NCBI GenBank assembly: GCA_035279545.1
Contig: DATEHM010000077.1
Coordinates: 1 to 63,879, forward strand
DNA: 63,879 nucleotides
Direction: 5' to 3'
From: a bacterium
Lineage (GTDB): Bacteria; Sysuimicrobiota; Sysuimicrobiia; Sysuimicrobiales; Segetimicrobiaceae
Made by a program: the position numbers and the translations under genes. Each line of letters starts with the position of its first letter. The stretch's first letter is position 1. The notes beneath the pieces are model-generated. The model did not search any database, had not been told where the DNA came from, and was given only the letters and a program-made list of their open reading frames with translations. This document shows positions 53,281 through 61,181 of the stretch, piece by piece.

Positions 53281-54057
53281 GTGATGAGCGACGACGCGAA
53301 GCACGCGGTGCGGGCTCAATTCGGGCGCCAGGCGCCCCGGTATGCGGTCAGCGCCTTCCACAGCCACTCCGAGGGGCTGGGGGAACTGCTCCGGCTCGCC
53401 GCCCCCACGTCCGAGGCGCGCGCGCTTGACGTCGCCACCGGCACGGGATTCACCGCCCTGGCGCTCGCTCCGCGGGTCGATCGGGTCGTGGGGCTGGACC
53501 TCACCCTGGGCATGGTGCGGGAAGCGCGACGGCTCGCCGCCGACCGGGGAGTCTTCAATCTCACCCTCTGCCTGGGCGACGCCGAGGCACTGCCGTTTCG
53601 GTCCCGCGCCTTTGACATTGTCACCTGCCGCGTCGCCGCCCATCACTTCCCCGATCTGCCCGGGGCGCTCGCAGAGATGGCGCGCGTCGTCAAGACGGGA
53701 GGACGGGTGGTCCTGGACGACACCTGCGCCCCGGAGATCGCTGAGCTCGCCCGGCTGATGAACGAATGGGAACTGCGGCGCGATCGGTCGCACGTGGCGA
53801 ATCACCCACCAAGCCGGCTGCGCGCGATGCTCGAGCAGAGCGGCCTGGGAGTTCGGGCGGCCACCATGATCCACGTCCCGCAGGAGTTTGGGGACTGGGT
53901 CGAGCGCAGTGGCATCCCGATGGGCGAGGCGGCCGAACTCCGCGAGCGGATGCGCGGCGCGCCCCCGGAGGCGCGGGCCGCCTTCCGGATCCGGGTGGAC
54001 GGCGACCAGCTTCACTTTGCCTGGGATGAAATCGTCATCCTCGCCATCAAACAGTAG
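53281..54057 (+). CDS. class I SAM-dependent methyltransferase (UbiE/Methyltransf_11-like)
   Basis: 258 aa with ALDVATGTGFTALALA (motif I), VVGLDLTLGMV, and DIVTCRVAAHHFPD. Confidence 0.8.
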   Translation: MMSDDAKHAVRAQFGRQAPRYAVSAFHSHSEGLGELLRLAAPTSEARALDVATGTGFTALALAPRVDRVVGLDLTLGMVREARRLAADRGVFNLTLCLGDAEALPFRSRAFDIVTCRVAAHHFPDLPGALAEMARVVKTGGRVVLDDTCAPEIAELARLMNEWELRRDRSHVANHPPSRLRAMLEQSGLGVRAATMIHVPQEFGDWVERSGIPMGEAAELRERMRGAPPEARAAFRIRVDGDQLHFAWDEIVILAIKQ

Positions 54058-54081
54058 CGAACCGCCGACCCGGGACCGCGC

Positions 54082-55236
54082 TCAGGATAAGTACGCCTGC
54101 GCGAGCGCAGCGTAGAACCGGATCGCCTCCAAGTACATCGGCAGCGCGACCCACTCATCGGGCTGATGACAGACGCTCGCCTCGCCCGGCCCGTATACGA
54201 TCACCGGCACCTTGAGCGCGGGCTGGTACACTGAGGCATCCGTAAAGTACGCCAGGCCGATCGGCGCCCGCCGCGGCATCCCGGCGGGGGTGGCGAGCTC
54301 CAGGGCCCGACGGACCACCGCCGCCTCGGGATCTGTCTGCACGGGGGGCCTGGACGTCAGGACCTCCACCTCGACCGGAAATCCCAGATCGCCCAGCGCC
54401 GCCCGAACATCCCGCTCGAGTGCCGCGTGATCCAACCCCGGCACGGTGCGGATGTCCCCCTCCACCCGACAGCGGTCCGGGACGACGTTCACGGAGTACC
54501 CTCCCTGGATCGTGTTGATGCTCATCGTCGCCCGCCCCAGGAGCGGGTGGGCATCCGCCGGCAGCCGAAACCGCTCCAGGCGGTCGATGACCTTGTGCAT
54601 CAGCAGCAGCGCGTTCACGCCTCTGTCCGGCATCGACCCGTGGGCCGTCCGTCCCCGAGTCGTCAGCCTGAGCCAGAGCGCGCCTTTGTGCGCAACGGCC
54701 ACTTCGCCCGCGGTGGGCTCTCCGACGACGATGGCATCGACCCCGGAGAGCCCTCCGGCCTCGATGAACGACCGGGCCCCCAGACAATCCACCTCTTCCC
54801 CCGCCGAAGCGGCGAGAACAAGATCGCCACGCAGCGGCACGCCCCTCCGATGCAAGAGGAGCACCGCCAGCACCATCGCCGCGAGTCCGGATTTCATGTC
54901 GCAGGCGCCCCGCCCGTACAACCGATCGCCGACGAGTTCAGCGGACCACGGACCGTGCTGCCAGGGCGTCTCTCCCGGCGGGACGGTATCGGTGTGGCCG
55001 CTCAGGACAAGCGTCGGGCCACCCCCGCTGCCGCGGAGTCGCGCGAGCAGGTTGGCGCGGCCCGGGGAGAGCCGGTGGAGTTCCACGGGAACTCCCTCCC
55101 GCTCAAATCGACGGCTCAGCAGCGATGTCACCCGCTCTTCGTTGCCCGGGGGATTGACGGTCTCCGCCCGGACGCACTCGGCGAGCAGCGCCACAGCCTC
55201 TTGCGGATCCACCTGCACCTGCGGAGCAGCGGGCAT
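54082..55236 (-). CDS. M20-family metallopeptidase (ArgE/DapE/CPG2-like deacylase)
   Basis: ORF 54082..55551 trimmed to ATG 55236, with GGAGGGGA 8 nt upstream. 384 aa with LVLSGHTDTVPPG and AGEEVDCLGA, typical M20 metal-ligand motifs. Confidence 0.82.
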   Translation of the reverse strand: MPAAPQVQVDPQEAVALLAECVRAETVNPPGNEERVTSLLSRRFEREGVPVELHRLSPGRANLLARLRGSGGGPTLVLSGHTDTVPPGETPWQHGPWSAELVGDRLYGRGACDMKSGLAAMVLAVLLLHRRGVPLRGDLVLAASAGEEVDCLGARSFIEAGGLSGVDAIVVGEPTAGEVAVAHKGALWLRLTTRGRTAHGSMPDRGVNALLLMHKVIDRLERFRLPADAHPLLGRATMSINTIQGGYSVNVVPDRCRVEGDIRTVPGLDHAALERDVRAALGDLGFPVEVEVLTSRPPVQTDPEAAVVRRALELATPAGMPRRAPIGLAYFTDASVYQPALKVPVIVYGPGEASVCHQPDEWVALPMYLEAIRFYAALAQAYLS

Positions 55237-55589
55237 ACGACCGTCCCCTCCAGGCTCGATCTTCATGTGCGTGCTCAGTACCCCAGCGGGGCGCGGTCCT
55301 ACGTTCACTGCCCGAGCGGACCTCCCCTGCCCCGATGGTACGCTCGGGACGCAGAGGGCGAACCGCCGCACAACGCCCGGGCGGCCCCACGAAAGGCTGC
55401 GGCAGGAACCCCCGCGCGCGCGGCAAACCATGCGCCCATGACCCTCCGGCACGAGTGCGCGCGCCCGCTCATCGACCGAGGAGAGGCCGATCGTCACAGG
55501 CGACGCATCGCCCCGCGCACCGCGACCGGAAGCTCGAGCCCCGCCCGCCACCCTCGGGCCGATCTTCGCCGCAACCCGCCGTGGCGGGG

Positions 55590-55595
55590 CCTAGA
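55590..55595. repeat. target-site duplication CCTAGA (left copy)
   Basis: Identical hexamer at 56761..56766 immediately outside the other IS end. It fits the NCTAGN target described for IS481. Confidence 0.75.
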
Positions 55596-56760
55596 CTGTC
55601 CAGTGTGGATGAGGTGTTGACACTTTTGTACTCCCCTCGAGCCCTGCGACATGGGTTAGCTGACCTTTCTGCTGGCAAAGAGGGTCGCCGGCGTCCGCCC
55701 TTGCAGGCGGTACCCCTGATGCGGGCGTTCCCGATTGTAGAAGCGCAGGTAGGCTTGCAAGTCCCGCTCCAACTGCGCCCTGCTCGTATAGTACGTCCGC
55801 CGGAACGCACTGCGCCACAACTCGCTCAGGATCGTGCCTTGCAAGCGTTCGACGAAGCCGTTCGTCCACGCATGGCGCGGTTTGGTGCGGCGATGCTCGA
55901 TGCCCAGCTCGCGACAGCCCGTCAGGAAGCGCCCGTAGAACTCCGGCCCGCCATCGGTCAAGACCGCGCGGACCTGATGGCCGCCGCGCGGATAGGTGGG
56001 CATCACGTGGGTCCGCAGGAACGCGGTGGCCGTGGCCTGGGTCACCCGCGGCACGAGCGTCGCGATCGCGTACGAGCAGGCGGCATCGCAGGCCGTCAGT
56101 TGCCAGACTTTGCCGACCCCCTTGAGCTTCCCGACGTAACACGCGTCCATGCAAACCAGGGCGCCTGGACGCTGCGCGTCGACATGGGGGTGGACCAGCC
56201 GCCGGCACGTCCGCTCGGTCAGCAGGCCGTGGGCCCCGACCGCCTGCGCTTCCAGGCGGGTCAGCCGCTGCCAGCGGGTCTGCAAGCCCTGGCGCGTGCG
56301 GATTCCGTACACGCCCGACGCACTGACCCGCCACCGGCCCCAGCGAGGCTGTCGGAGTTGCGCGGCGATCCGCGCCGGCCCGTGGGTCGGCCGCAGCAGC
56401 GCGTACGCCAGCACGGCGTGCTCCAGGGCCGGGGTCGCCTGGCGGGGCCAGCGGGTGGGACGGGTGGGCCGAGGCCGCAGGCCTTCTGGGCCGTAGCGCA
56501 ACAAGCGCTGCCGCCAGCGGTAGAACAAGGTCCGCGAGATCCCGGCCTCCTGGCAGGCACGGGTGACATTGCCCAGCTGCGCCGCTCGTTGCATGAGCAT
56601 GAGCCGATGATAGCGAACGCTGTCCTCGAGGGTCACGTCCGTCTCCCCCCTTCCGAAACCCGGCAGGTCTCGGTTGGAGTATTCGGAGGCTGGGCTGTGA
56701 CCCTCTTGCTGTCACGGGAGGTAGCCCTCCAAGTGTTAACACTACATCCAAACAGTACAG
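55596..56760 (-). mobile_element. IS481-family insertion sequence (about 1165 bp; ends +/-3 nt)
   Basis: Terminal inverted repeats: left CTGTCCAGTGTGGATGAGGTGTTGACACTT versus the reverse complement of the right end CTGTACTGTTTGGATGTAGTGTTAACACTT (24/30 identical). It has a single DDE/rve transposase ORF and is flanked by CCTAGA direct repeats. Confidence 0.85.
55656..56636 (-). CDS. IS481-family DDE transposase (HTH + rve integrase core)
   Basis: 326 aa with an N-terminal HTH (AAQLGNVTRACQEAGISRTLFYRWRQR), an integrase core (VCMDACYVG...VLTDGGPEF...KPRHAWTNGFVERLQGT), and a C-terminal YNRERPHQG. GTG start. Confidence 0.88.
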   Translation of the reverse strand: MTLEDSVRYHRLMLMQRAAQLGNVTRACQEAGISRTLFYRWRQRLLRYGPEGLRPRPTRPTRWPRQATPALEHAVLAYALLRPTHGPARIAAQLRQPRWGRWRVSASGVYGIRTRQGLQTRWQRLTRLEAQAVGAHGLLTERTCRRLVHPHVDAQRPGALVCMDACYVGKLKGVGKVWQLTACDAACSYAIATLVPRVTQATATAFLRTHVMPTYPRGGHQVRAVLTDGGPEFYGRFLTGCRELGIEHRRTKPRHAWTNGFVERLQGTILSELWRSAFRRTYYTSRAQLERDLQAYLRFYNRERPHQGYRLQGRTPATLFASRKVS

Positions 56761-56766
56761 CCTAGA
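56761..56766. repeat. target-site duplication CCTAGA (right copy)
   Basis: See the left copy. It lies 30 nt upstream of the amidohydrolase ATG. Confidence 0.75.
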
Positions 56767-56795
56767 CTGCCGACAGAACAGGAGCCCACCCCCCA

Positions 56796-58112
56796 ATGCC
56801 CCAGGAAGACGGCGCACCTCGGCAGATCCTCAGTGGGGGCACCGTGGTCACGATGAACGCGCGAGGCGAGGTCTTCGCACCGGGAACGGTCGTGATCGAA
56901 GGAGACAGGATCGCGGAGGTGATGGCCGGGACGGCGACTCAGCGCCCGGGGGACATCCTGATGGACTGCCGGCATCACCTGGTGATGCCGGGGCTGATCA
57001 ACGCCCACACCCACACGTGCATGGCGCTGTTCCGCGGGGTCGCGGAGGATCTTCCCCGCGACGCGTGGACGCGTTCTTCGTACACCCTCCCCCACCAGGA
57101 CCGCGCCCGTCCGGACGACTATTACTGGGGCACGCTGCTCGGCGGCCTGGAAATGCTCCTCGACGGCGTCACAACGGCGGCCGATCGTTTCGGCCACATG
57201 GCGGTCATCGCCGAGGCGTTCGACGAGTTGGGCATCCGGGCCGTCCTCTGCCATACCCTCTACGACGTCGATCGGCCGCTCGAGCTCGACCGGGCCCTCG
57301 CGCTGATCGAGCGGTGGGGTACCGATCCGGCACGTCGGATCCACTGCGGCCTCGGTCCGCACGCGCCGGACACGTGCTCCGACGACCTGCTGCGGCGGAT
57401 CCGGGCGCTCGCGCGCGCGACGGGGGCCCGGATCTTCATCCACTGCGCCCAATCGGAGGAAGAGCTCGCCGCGGTCCGCGCACGCGGTTACACGGGCGCC
57501 GTCCGCTGTCTTTACGAGAACGGCGTGCTGGGCCCCGACACCGTCGCGGCACACTGCCTCTACGTTGATGCGGAGGAGATCCGGCTGCTCGCGGACACCG
57601 CCACCTGGGTCGCCCACTGCCCGGCGAGCAACGCCAAGATCGAAGCGCGCGTCGCGCCGAGCGCCGCGATGCTGCGGGCCGGAGTCCGGATGGCACTGGG
57701 CACGGACTGGGCGCCCACCAACAACGGGATGGACCTTTTCGACGAAATGAAAACCGCGGGCTTGCTCGGCAAGGTTGGCGCCGGCGATCCCACCGCAGTC
57801 CCGGTGGATCGGCTGCTCCGGATGGCGACGATCGACGGAGCCCGGGCGCTCGGGATCGACGCGCAGGCCGGCAGCCTCGAAGCCGGCAAGCGCGCGGATC
57901 TGATCGCGATCGCGATGGCGGCCCCCCACCTGCAGCCGTGGCACGACATCACCGCCACGCTGGTGTACTCCGCAAAAGGTCACGACGTCCGGCACGTTTG
58001 GGTGGACGGCCGGTGCCTCATCCGGGATCGCCGGCCGACCCACCTTGACGTGACCGAGCTACTCAGCCAAACGACGAAGATCCGGCGCCGCCTGCGGTCC
58101 GCAGAGGCCTGA
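56796..58112 (+). CDS. amidohydrolase-superfamily deaminase (MtaD / chlorohydrolase-like)
   Basis: 438 aa with VMPGLINAHTHTCMALFRG (HxH) and later H and D ligands (IHCAQS, LGTDWAP), as in MTA/SAH or guanine/atrazine-type deaminases. AGGAG lies 13 nt upstream of the ATG. Confidence 0.8.
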   Translation: MPQEDGAPRQILSGGTVVTMNARGEVFAPGTVVIEGDRIAEVMAGTATQRPGDILMDCRHHLVMPGLINAHTHTCMALFRGVAEDLPRDAWTRSSYTLPHQDRARPDDYYWGTLLGGLEMLLDGVTTAADRFGHMAVIAEAFDELGIRAVLCHTLYDVDRPLELDRALALIERWGTDPARRIHCGLGPHAPDTCSDDLLRRIRALARATGARIFIHCAQSEEELAAVRARGYTGAVRCLYENGVLGPDTVAAHCLYVDAEEIRLLADTATWVAHCPASNAKIEARVAPSAAMLRAGVRMALGTDWAPTNNGMDLFDEMKTAGLLGKVGAGDPTAVPVDRLLRMATIDGARALGIDAQAGSLEAGKRADLIAIAMAAPHLQPWHDITATLVYSAKGHDVRHVWVDGRCLIRDRRPTHLDVTELLSQTTKIRRRLRSAEA

Positions 58113-58142
58113 CCGCTCCCCTGCGGCTGGTCTTGTCGGCCG

Positions 58143-59195
58143 TCACGCCTTCGGCGTCTTCGCCATCTCCACGATCTCGTTCGTCATCACTTCGGACGCG
58201 GGGACCGCCTTTGGAATCTGTTTGAGGCCGTAGTACGTGTCGCTGATCGCGGTCCACACCTTCGGCTCCATGTACCCCCACCCGTGCTGCTTCGTGAGCG
58301 GCGAGGACATGTACGGGATCTCGTTCTTCCATGTCTGCAGCTCGAGCGTGCGGTCGAGGCCGGTGGTCTGCTTCATCACGAAATCGACCGCTTCATCCGG
58401 ATGCTCGGCCGCGTAGATCCAGCCGCGGGCGCTGGCCGAGAGGAAACGCGCGAGCACGTCCTTCCGTTCGCTGAGCACTCGGTCTGTCGTGAAGTAAGTG
58501 TAGGCGTACAGCTTGATCCCGAGATCCCACAGCGGGAAATAACTGAAACTCCCCGCCTGCCGCACCGCCTCGATCTGCGGCGCATCAATGATCCATCCGG
58601 TGATGATGTCGACTTGCCCGGTCACCAGGGGATGGGTGTCTCCTCCGACGAAGAGCACCTTCACCTTATCAGACGGGATCTCGTACTTCGCCAGGACGGC
58701 CTCCAGAAGCGGCCGCGCGGTCGCCTGAATGCCGATCGTCTTGCCGATGAAATCGTGCGGCGTGTGGATCCCGGACTTCGTCATGAAGATGAACGCGAAC
58801 GGGTGCTTCTGGAGCGCGGTGCCGAACGCTTTGACGGGCAGCCCGTGGCTCCGCGCCGTGACGAGGACCGCAACCGAGGAGACGTTCCCCATCGGGATCC
58901 GACCGCCGGCAACGATCTGCACCGCGTCGATGTTCGGCCCCCCAGGTTGAATCTTGAGGTCGATGTCCGCCTCTTTGAAGAATCCCTTGCCGATCGCCAC
59001 GAAGTCACCGGCCATCTGCGCGTTGGCCAGCCAGCCGAGCTGCTCGGAAAGGCCGGTCATGCCCTGCGCGCCCGCGGATGGGAGCAACCCGGGAAGTTGC
59101 CCCCCGGCCCACCCGAGGGTGAGCGCGGCGCCCCCCTTCAGCAGACCCCGCCTGCTTAACGGATGCGTGACCAGTGTGATCCGATCATCCCCCAT
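58143..59195 (-). CDS. NMT1/THI5-like (NitT/TauT-type) ABC substrate-binding protein with Tat signal; no cognate permease/ATPase adjacent
   Basis: ORF 58143..59651 trimmed to ATG 59195, with GGAGGTGAGGA upstream. 350 aa with a twin-arginine signal SRRGLLKGGAALTL and a periplasmic-binding fold body. The upstream 152 aa of the ORF are Arg-rich junk. Confidence 0.78.
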   Translation of the reverse strand: MGDDRITLVTHPLSRRGLLKGGAALTLGWAGGQLPGLLPSAGAQGMTGLSEQLGWLANAQMAGDFVAIGKGFFKEADIDLKIQPGGPNIDAVQIVAGGRIPMGNVSSVAVLVTARSHGLPVKAFGTALQKHPFAFIFMTKSGIHTPHDFIGKTIGIQATARPLLEAVLAKYEIPSDKVKVLFVGGDTHPLVTGQVDIITGWIIDAPQIEAVRQAGSFSYFPLWDLGIKLYAYTYFTTDRVLSERKDVLARFLSASARGWIYAAEHPDEAVDFVMKQTTGLDRTLELQTWKNEIPYMSSPLTKQHGWGYMEPKVWTAISDTYYGLKQIPKAVPASEVMTNEIVEMAKTPKA

Positions 59196-59557
59196 TTCCT
59201 CACCTCCGTACCGTCCTCCCCCCACTTCCGGCCGCGCGATCTCGCGGTTCTTTCGCTCGGCGAGCCCGGATGCGACGCACCGTCGAATCCGGCGGCGAGG
59301 CCACCCCGAGATCCCGTTCGGAGCAAACCCCGATCTGCCGAAACAGCAAGAGCACGATCGCGCGTTGGAGGTGGGTGACGGCCTCTTGGCAGGTTCGTTC
59401 GCTACCGGAGGACCAAGGGCCTTGTCATCTCCTCCGGCGAGAACCCCTGCAAGAGTGGGGCCGCGGAGACGGAGACCTCGCGGTCGTCGGAGATTGGGAG
59501 TGCGGCGGCCCCGGATACGCGGCGGCCAGCGGATGCAGCGCCTGGCCGGAAGGATTC

Positions 59558-59600
59558 TGGCGCGCCCGGAGAGACCCGCACCCCGACTTACGGCTCCGGA
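59558..59600 (-). pseudogene. degenerate 3'-half copy of tRNA-Arg(CCG) (anticodon loop to CCA): putative att relic
   Basis: Minus strand reads TCCGGAGCCGTAaGTCGGGG-tgcgggtctc-TCCGGGCGCGCCA. Positions 33-76 of the intact tRNA (61225-61182) read TCCGGAGCCGTAgGTCGGGG-gttcaaatccc-TCCGGGCGCGCCA. That is 32/33 identity outside a scrambled T-loop, in the same orientation. Confidence 0.7.
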
Positions 59601-59753
59601 GCCCCGTTGAACCTCCCCGTCCGCCGTCGCACGTCCCTCGCCATGCCGCATCGAGCACGGAGATCCGCGTCTCGCTTCCCTATCCGTCCTCGGGCTTCTC
59701 TGCCTCTCTCCGTCGCTTTTCGGACGCTGATGGGTGTTTTTCCGTTTCCACCG

Positions 59754-60173
59754 CTAGCGGGTCAACGGGCTCTCCCACACGCGGAATAGCAGCTCTTTGA
59801 GCTGGGCGAACCGCGCAGGCCCAAGCTCAGCGCTCCACTCGCGCTCGATGTCGCCGAGTATCTCGTAAATTCTTGAAAATGCGGCGCGTCCTCGCTTGGT
59901 CAAGCGGATAATCCGCGCGCGGTCCCCTCGGGGTGCGTCGGACCGGATGATGTAGCCGAGGCCTTCGAGACTCCGGAGTAGCTGGTTCACGGCCTGCTTG
60001 CTCATGCCGGCGCGCTCGGCGAGAATGCCCGGGCGAACCCCATCCGGACCCGGATATAGCAGCACCGCCATGTGCGGCACGCGCAGCTCCTCAAAACCGG
60101 CGGCGTTGAGCCCTTTGATGATACGGCGCTGGACCACCTGAGCCGGAACGCGCAACAACGCGCCGATGCGCAT
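59754..60173 (-). CDS. MarR-family transcriptional regulator
   Basis: ORF 59754..60371 trimmed to ATG 60173. 139 aa with a winged-HTH (LAERAGMSKQAVNQLLRSLEGLGYIIRSDAPRGDRARIIRLTKRG). Confidence 0.82.
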   Translation of the reverse strand: MRIGALLRVPAQVVQRRIIKGLNAAGFEELRVPHMAVLLYPGPDGVRPGILAERAGMSKQAVNQLLRSLEGLGYIIRSDAPRGDRARIIRLTKRGRAAFSRIYEILGDIEREWSAELGPARFAQLKELLFRVWESPLTR

Positions 60174-60407
60174 ATCTCTCGTTTCCACGGGTGAGCCGGT
60201 CAGGCTCGACGTCGGCGAGGCCGCACGATTGCGATCGAGACGTTGGCGATGAGGGTCAGCCGGCGGTCCGTCCGCGCGCACCCGCGTTTGGGACGACCCG
60301 CGGGGCTGTGCACGTACGCCCGCACCGGCTGCGCTTGGGCCTTTCCCTTCGCCGATCGCCCTACGCCGCATTCTTGAGATGATCCGGGTTCGCCGCCGCG
60401 AACGGGC

Positions 60408-60881
60408 CTACGCCTGGGGCGGAGCCGGCGTCAGGCCGTGGTGGCGCATGATCTCCGCCATCTTTGCGCGATCCGGCGGACCACCGGCTGCTGCGTTGAT
60501 TACCTCGGCAACCTCGCGGAAATACTGCGGCCCGAGTACGGCGGGAGTGATCACGCAGAGCGCTTTCACGCCCTGGCTTCCGTGGTTATCGAACCGGTGA
60601 ATGGCGCCGCGCGGAATGCACAGCACCTCCCCCGGCCCGACGTCGATTTGTTTTCCACCGACGGTCCAGGTCAACGCTCCGTCGATGCCGTAGATCGTCT
60701 CTTCGTAGCGGTCGTGGCTGTGCGCTGGGGCCGGCAGGCGCTGCGCGCCCGGGACAATGAGCTCAAACGCCGCGACACTGCCACTCGAGTGCTCTCCAGT
60801 GACCAAGAAGCGCACCGCGAGCGGCCCGACAGAGATGGTCTCATCGGAAGGATTGACGCGGATGACGGCCTGTTGTGCCAT
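60408..60881 (-). CDS. cupin-domain protein
   Basis: 157 aa with PAHSHDRYEETIYGIDG...GPGEVLCIPRGAIHRFDN (two cupin motifs). AGGAGG lies 5 nt upstream of the ATG. Confidence 0.8.
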   Translation of the reverse strand: MAQQAVIRVNPSDETISVGPLAVRFLVTGEHSSGSVAAFELIVPGAQRLPAPAHSHDRYEETIYGIDGALTWTVGGKQIDVGPGEVLCIPRGAIHRFDNHGSQGVKALCVITPAVLGPQYFREVAEVINAAAGGPPDRAKMAEIMRHHGLTPAPPQA

Positions 60882-60896
60882 GCCTGCCTCCTAATA

Positions 60897-60948
60897 GTAA
60901 ATGGCGTTTACTTATCCTAACTATAAACGCCATTTACCGTAATGTCAA
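60897..60948 (-). promoter_or_regulatory. consensus-like promoter overlapped by a 14-bp inverted repeat (candidate MarR operator)
   Basis: Minus strand reads TTGACA (60948-60943), 17 nt spacer, TATAGT (60925-60920). Arms GTAAATGGCGTTTA (60897-60910) and TAAACGCCATTTAC (60924-60937) are perfect reverse complements, 13 nt apart. One arm covers the -10 and spacer, the other the 5'-UTR. Confidence 0.6.
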
Positions 60949-61181
60949 TGCCTTTCATCGCCATGAACAGGAGGCGGCACGTACGTTGTCCGGCGCGCCG
61001 GCGATCACGCAGGCATCCACGTCGTCCTGGACAGATGAAAGGCTCCATGGGGAAGATCTTCTGAACGCAACATCACCCCCCGCACCAGCCGGTTTTGCCA
61101 TCGATGGGGTGTGGATTGGCGACAGTTTGGCTGCAATGGTATGACCCGACTGGAAAAACGGTGCGGAATGCCTGAAGAATA

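Noticed and set aside
55440-55590. CCGAGGAG...AGGC... string upstream of the MtaD-like gene, which reminded me of the SAH riboswitch core (CCGAGGAGCGCUGC...AGGCUCGG).
   Set aside because: Only the first octamer matches. The complementary AGGCUCGG and GGCGCUCAC elements are absent, and I could not draw the pseudoknot. The IS insertion also separates it from the gene.
56736-56768. Possible outward-facing promoter at the right IS end (TTAACA ... TACAGC/TAGACT) reading into the amidohydrolase gene.
   Set aside because: Spacings are 14 or 21 nt, neither compatible with a standard sigma70 promoter. It is left as a possibility to test by 5'-RACE only.
59196-59753. TPP (THI-box), cobalamin, SAM-I and ZTP riboswitch motifs in the long leader of the NMT1/THI5-like gene.
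   Set aside because: A GGGGUGC string is present, but no CUGAGA or ACCUGAUCUGGAUAAUGCCAGCG-like element follows. I saw no B12 box, no SAM-I or pfl core. There is no support by eye.
59640-59760. Guanidine-I (ykkC)-like ordering of short motifs on the minus strand (CUAGCGG ... GUCCGAAAAG ... ACGGAG ... AAGCCCGAGGA), upstream of an NitT/TauT-type binding protein, which is a gene class known to be ykkC-regulated.
   Set aside because: Each block has 2-3 mismatches at positions I remember as near-invariant (CUAGGGUUCCG, GGUCCGAGAG, AAAGCCCGGGAGA). The spacing is too compact to hold the P2 hairpin. It overlaps the MarR stop and lies ~450 nt from the ATG, on the far side of the tRNA fragment. It needs cmsearch (RF00442 and ykkC subtype-2 models) before any claim.
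60963-61064. 33-codon plus-strand ORF (MNRRRHVRCPARRRSRRHPRRPGQMKGSMGKIF) between the cupin promoter and tRNA-Arg.
   Set aside because: It is extremely Arg-rich, has no RBS and shows no conservation signal. It is most likely non-coding spacer of the putative islet.
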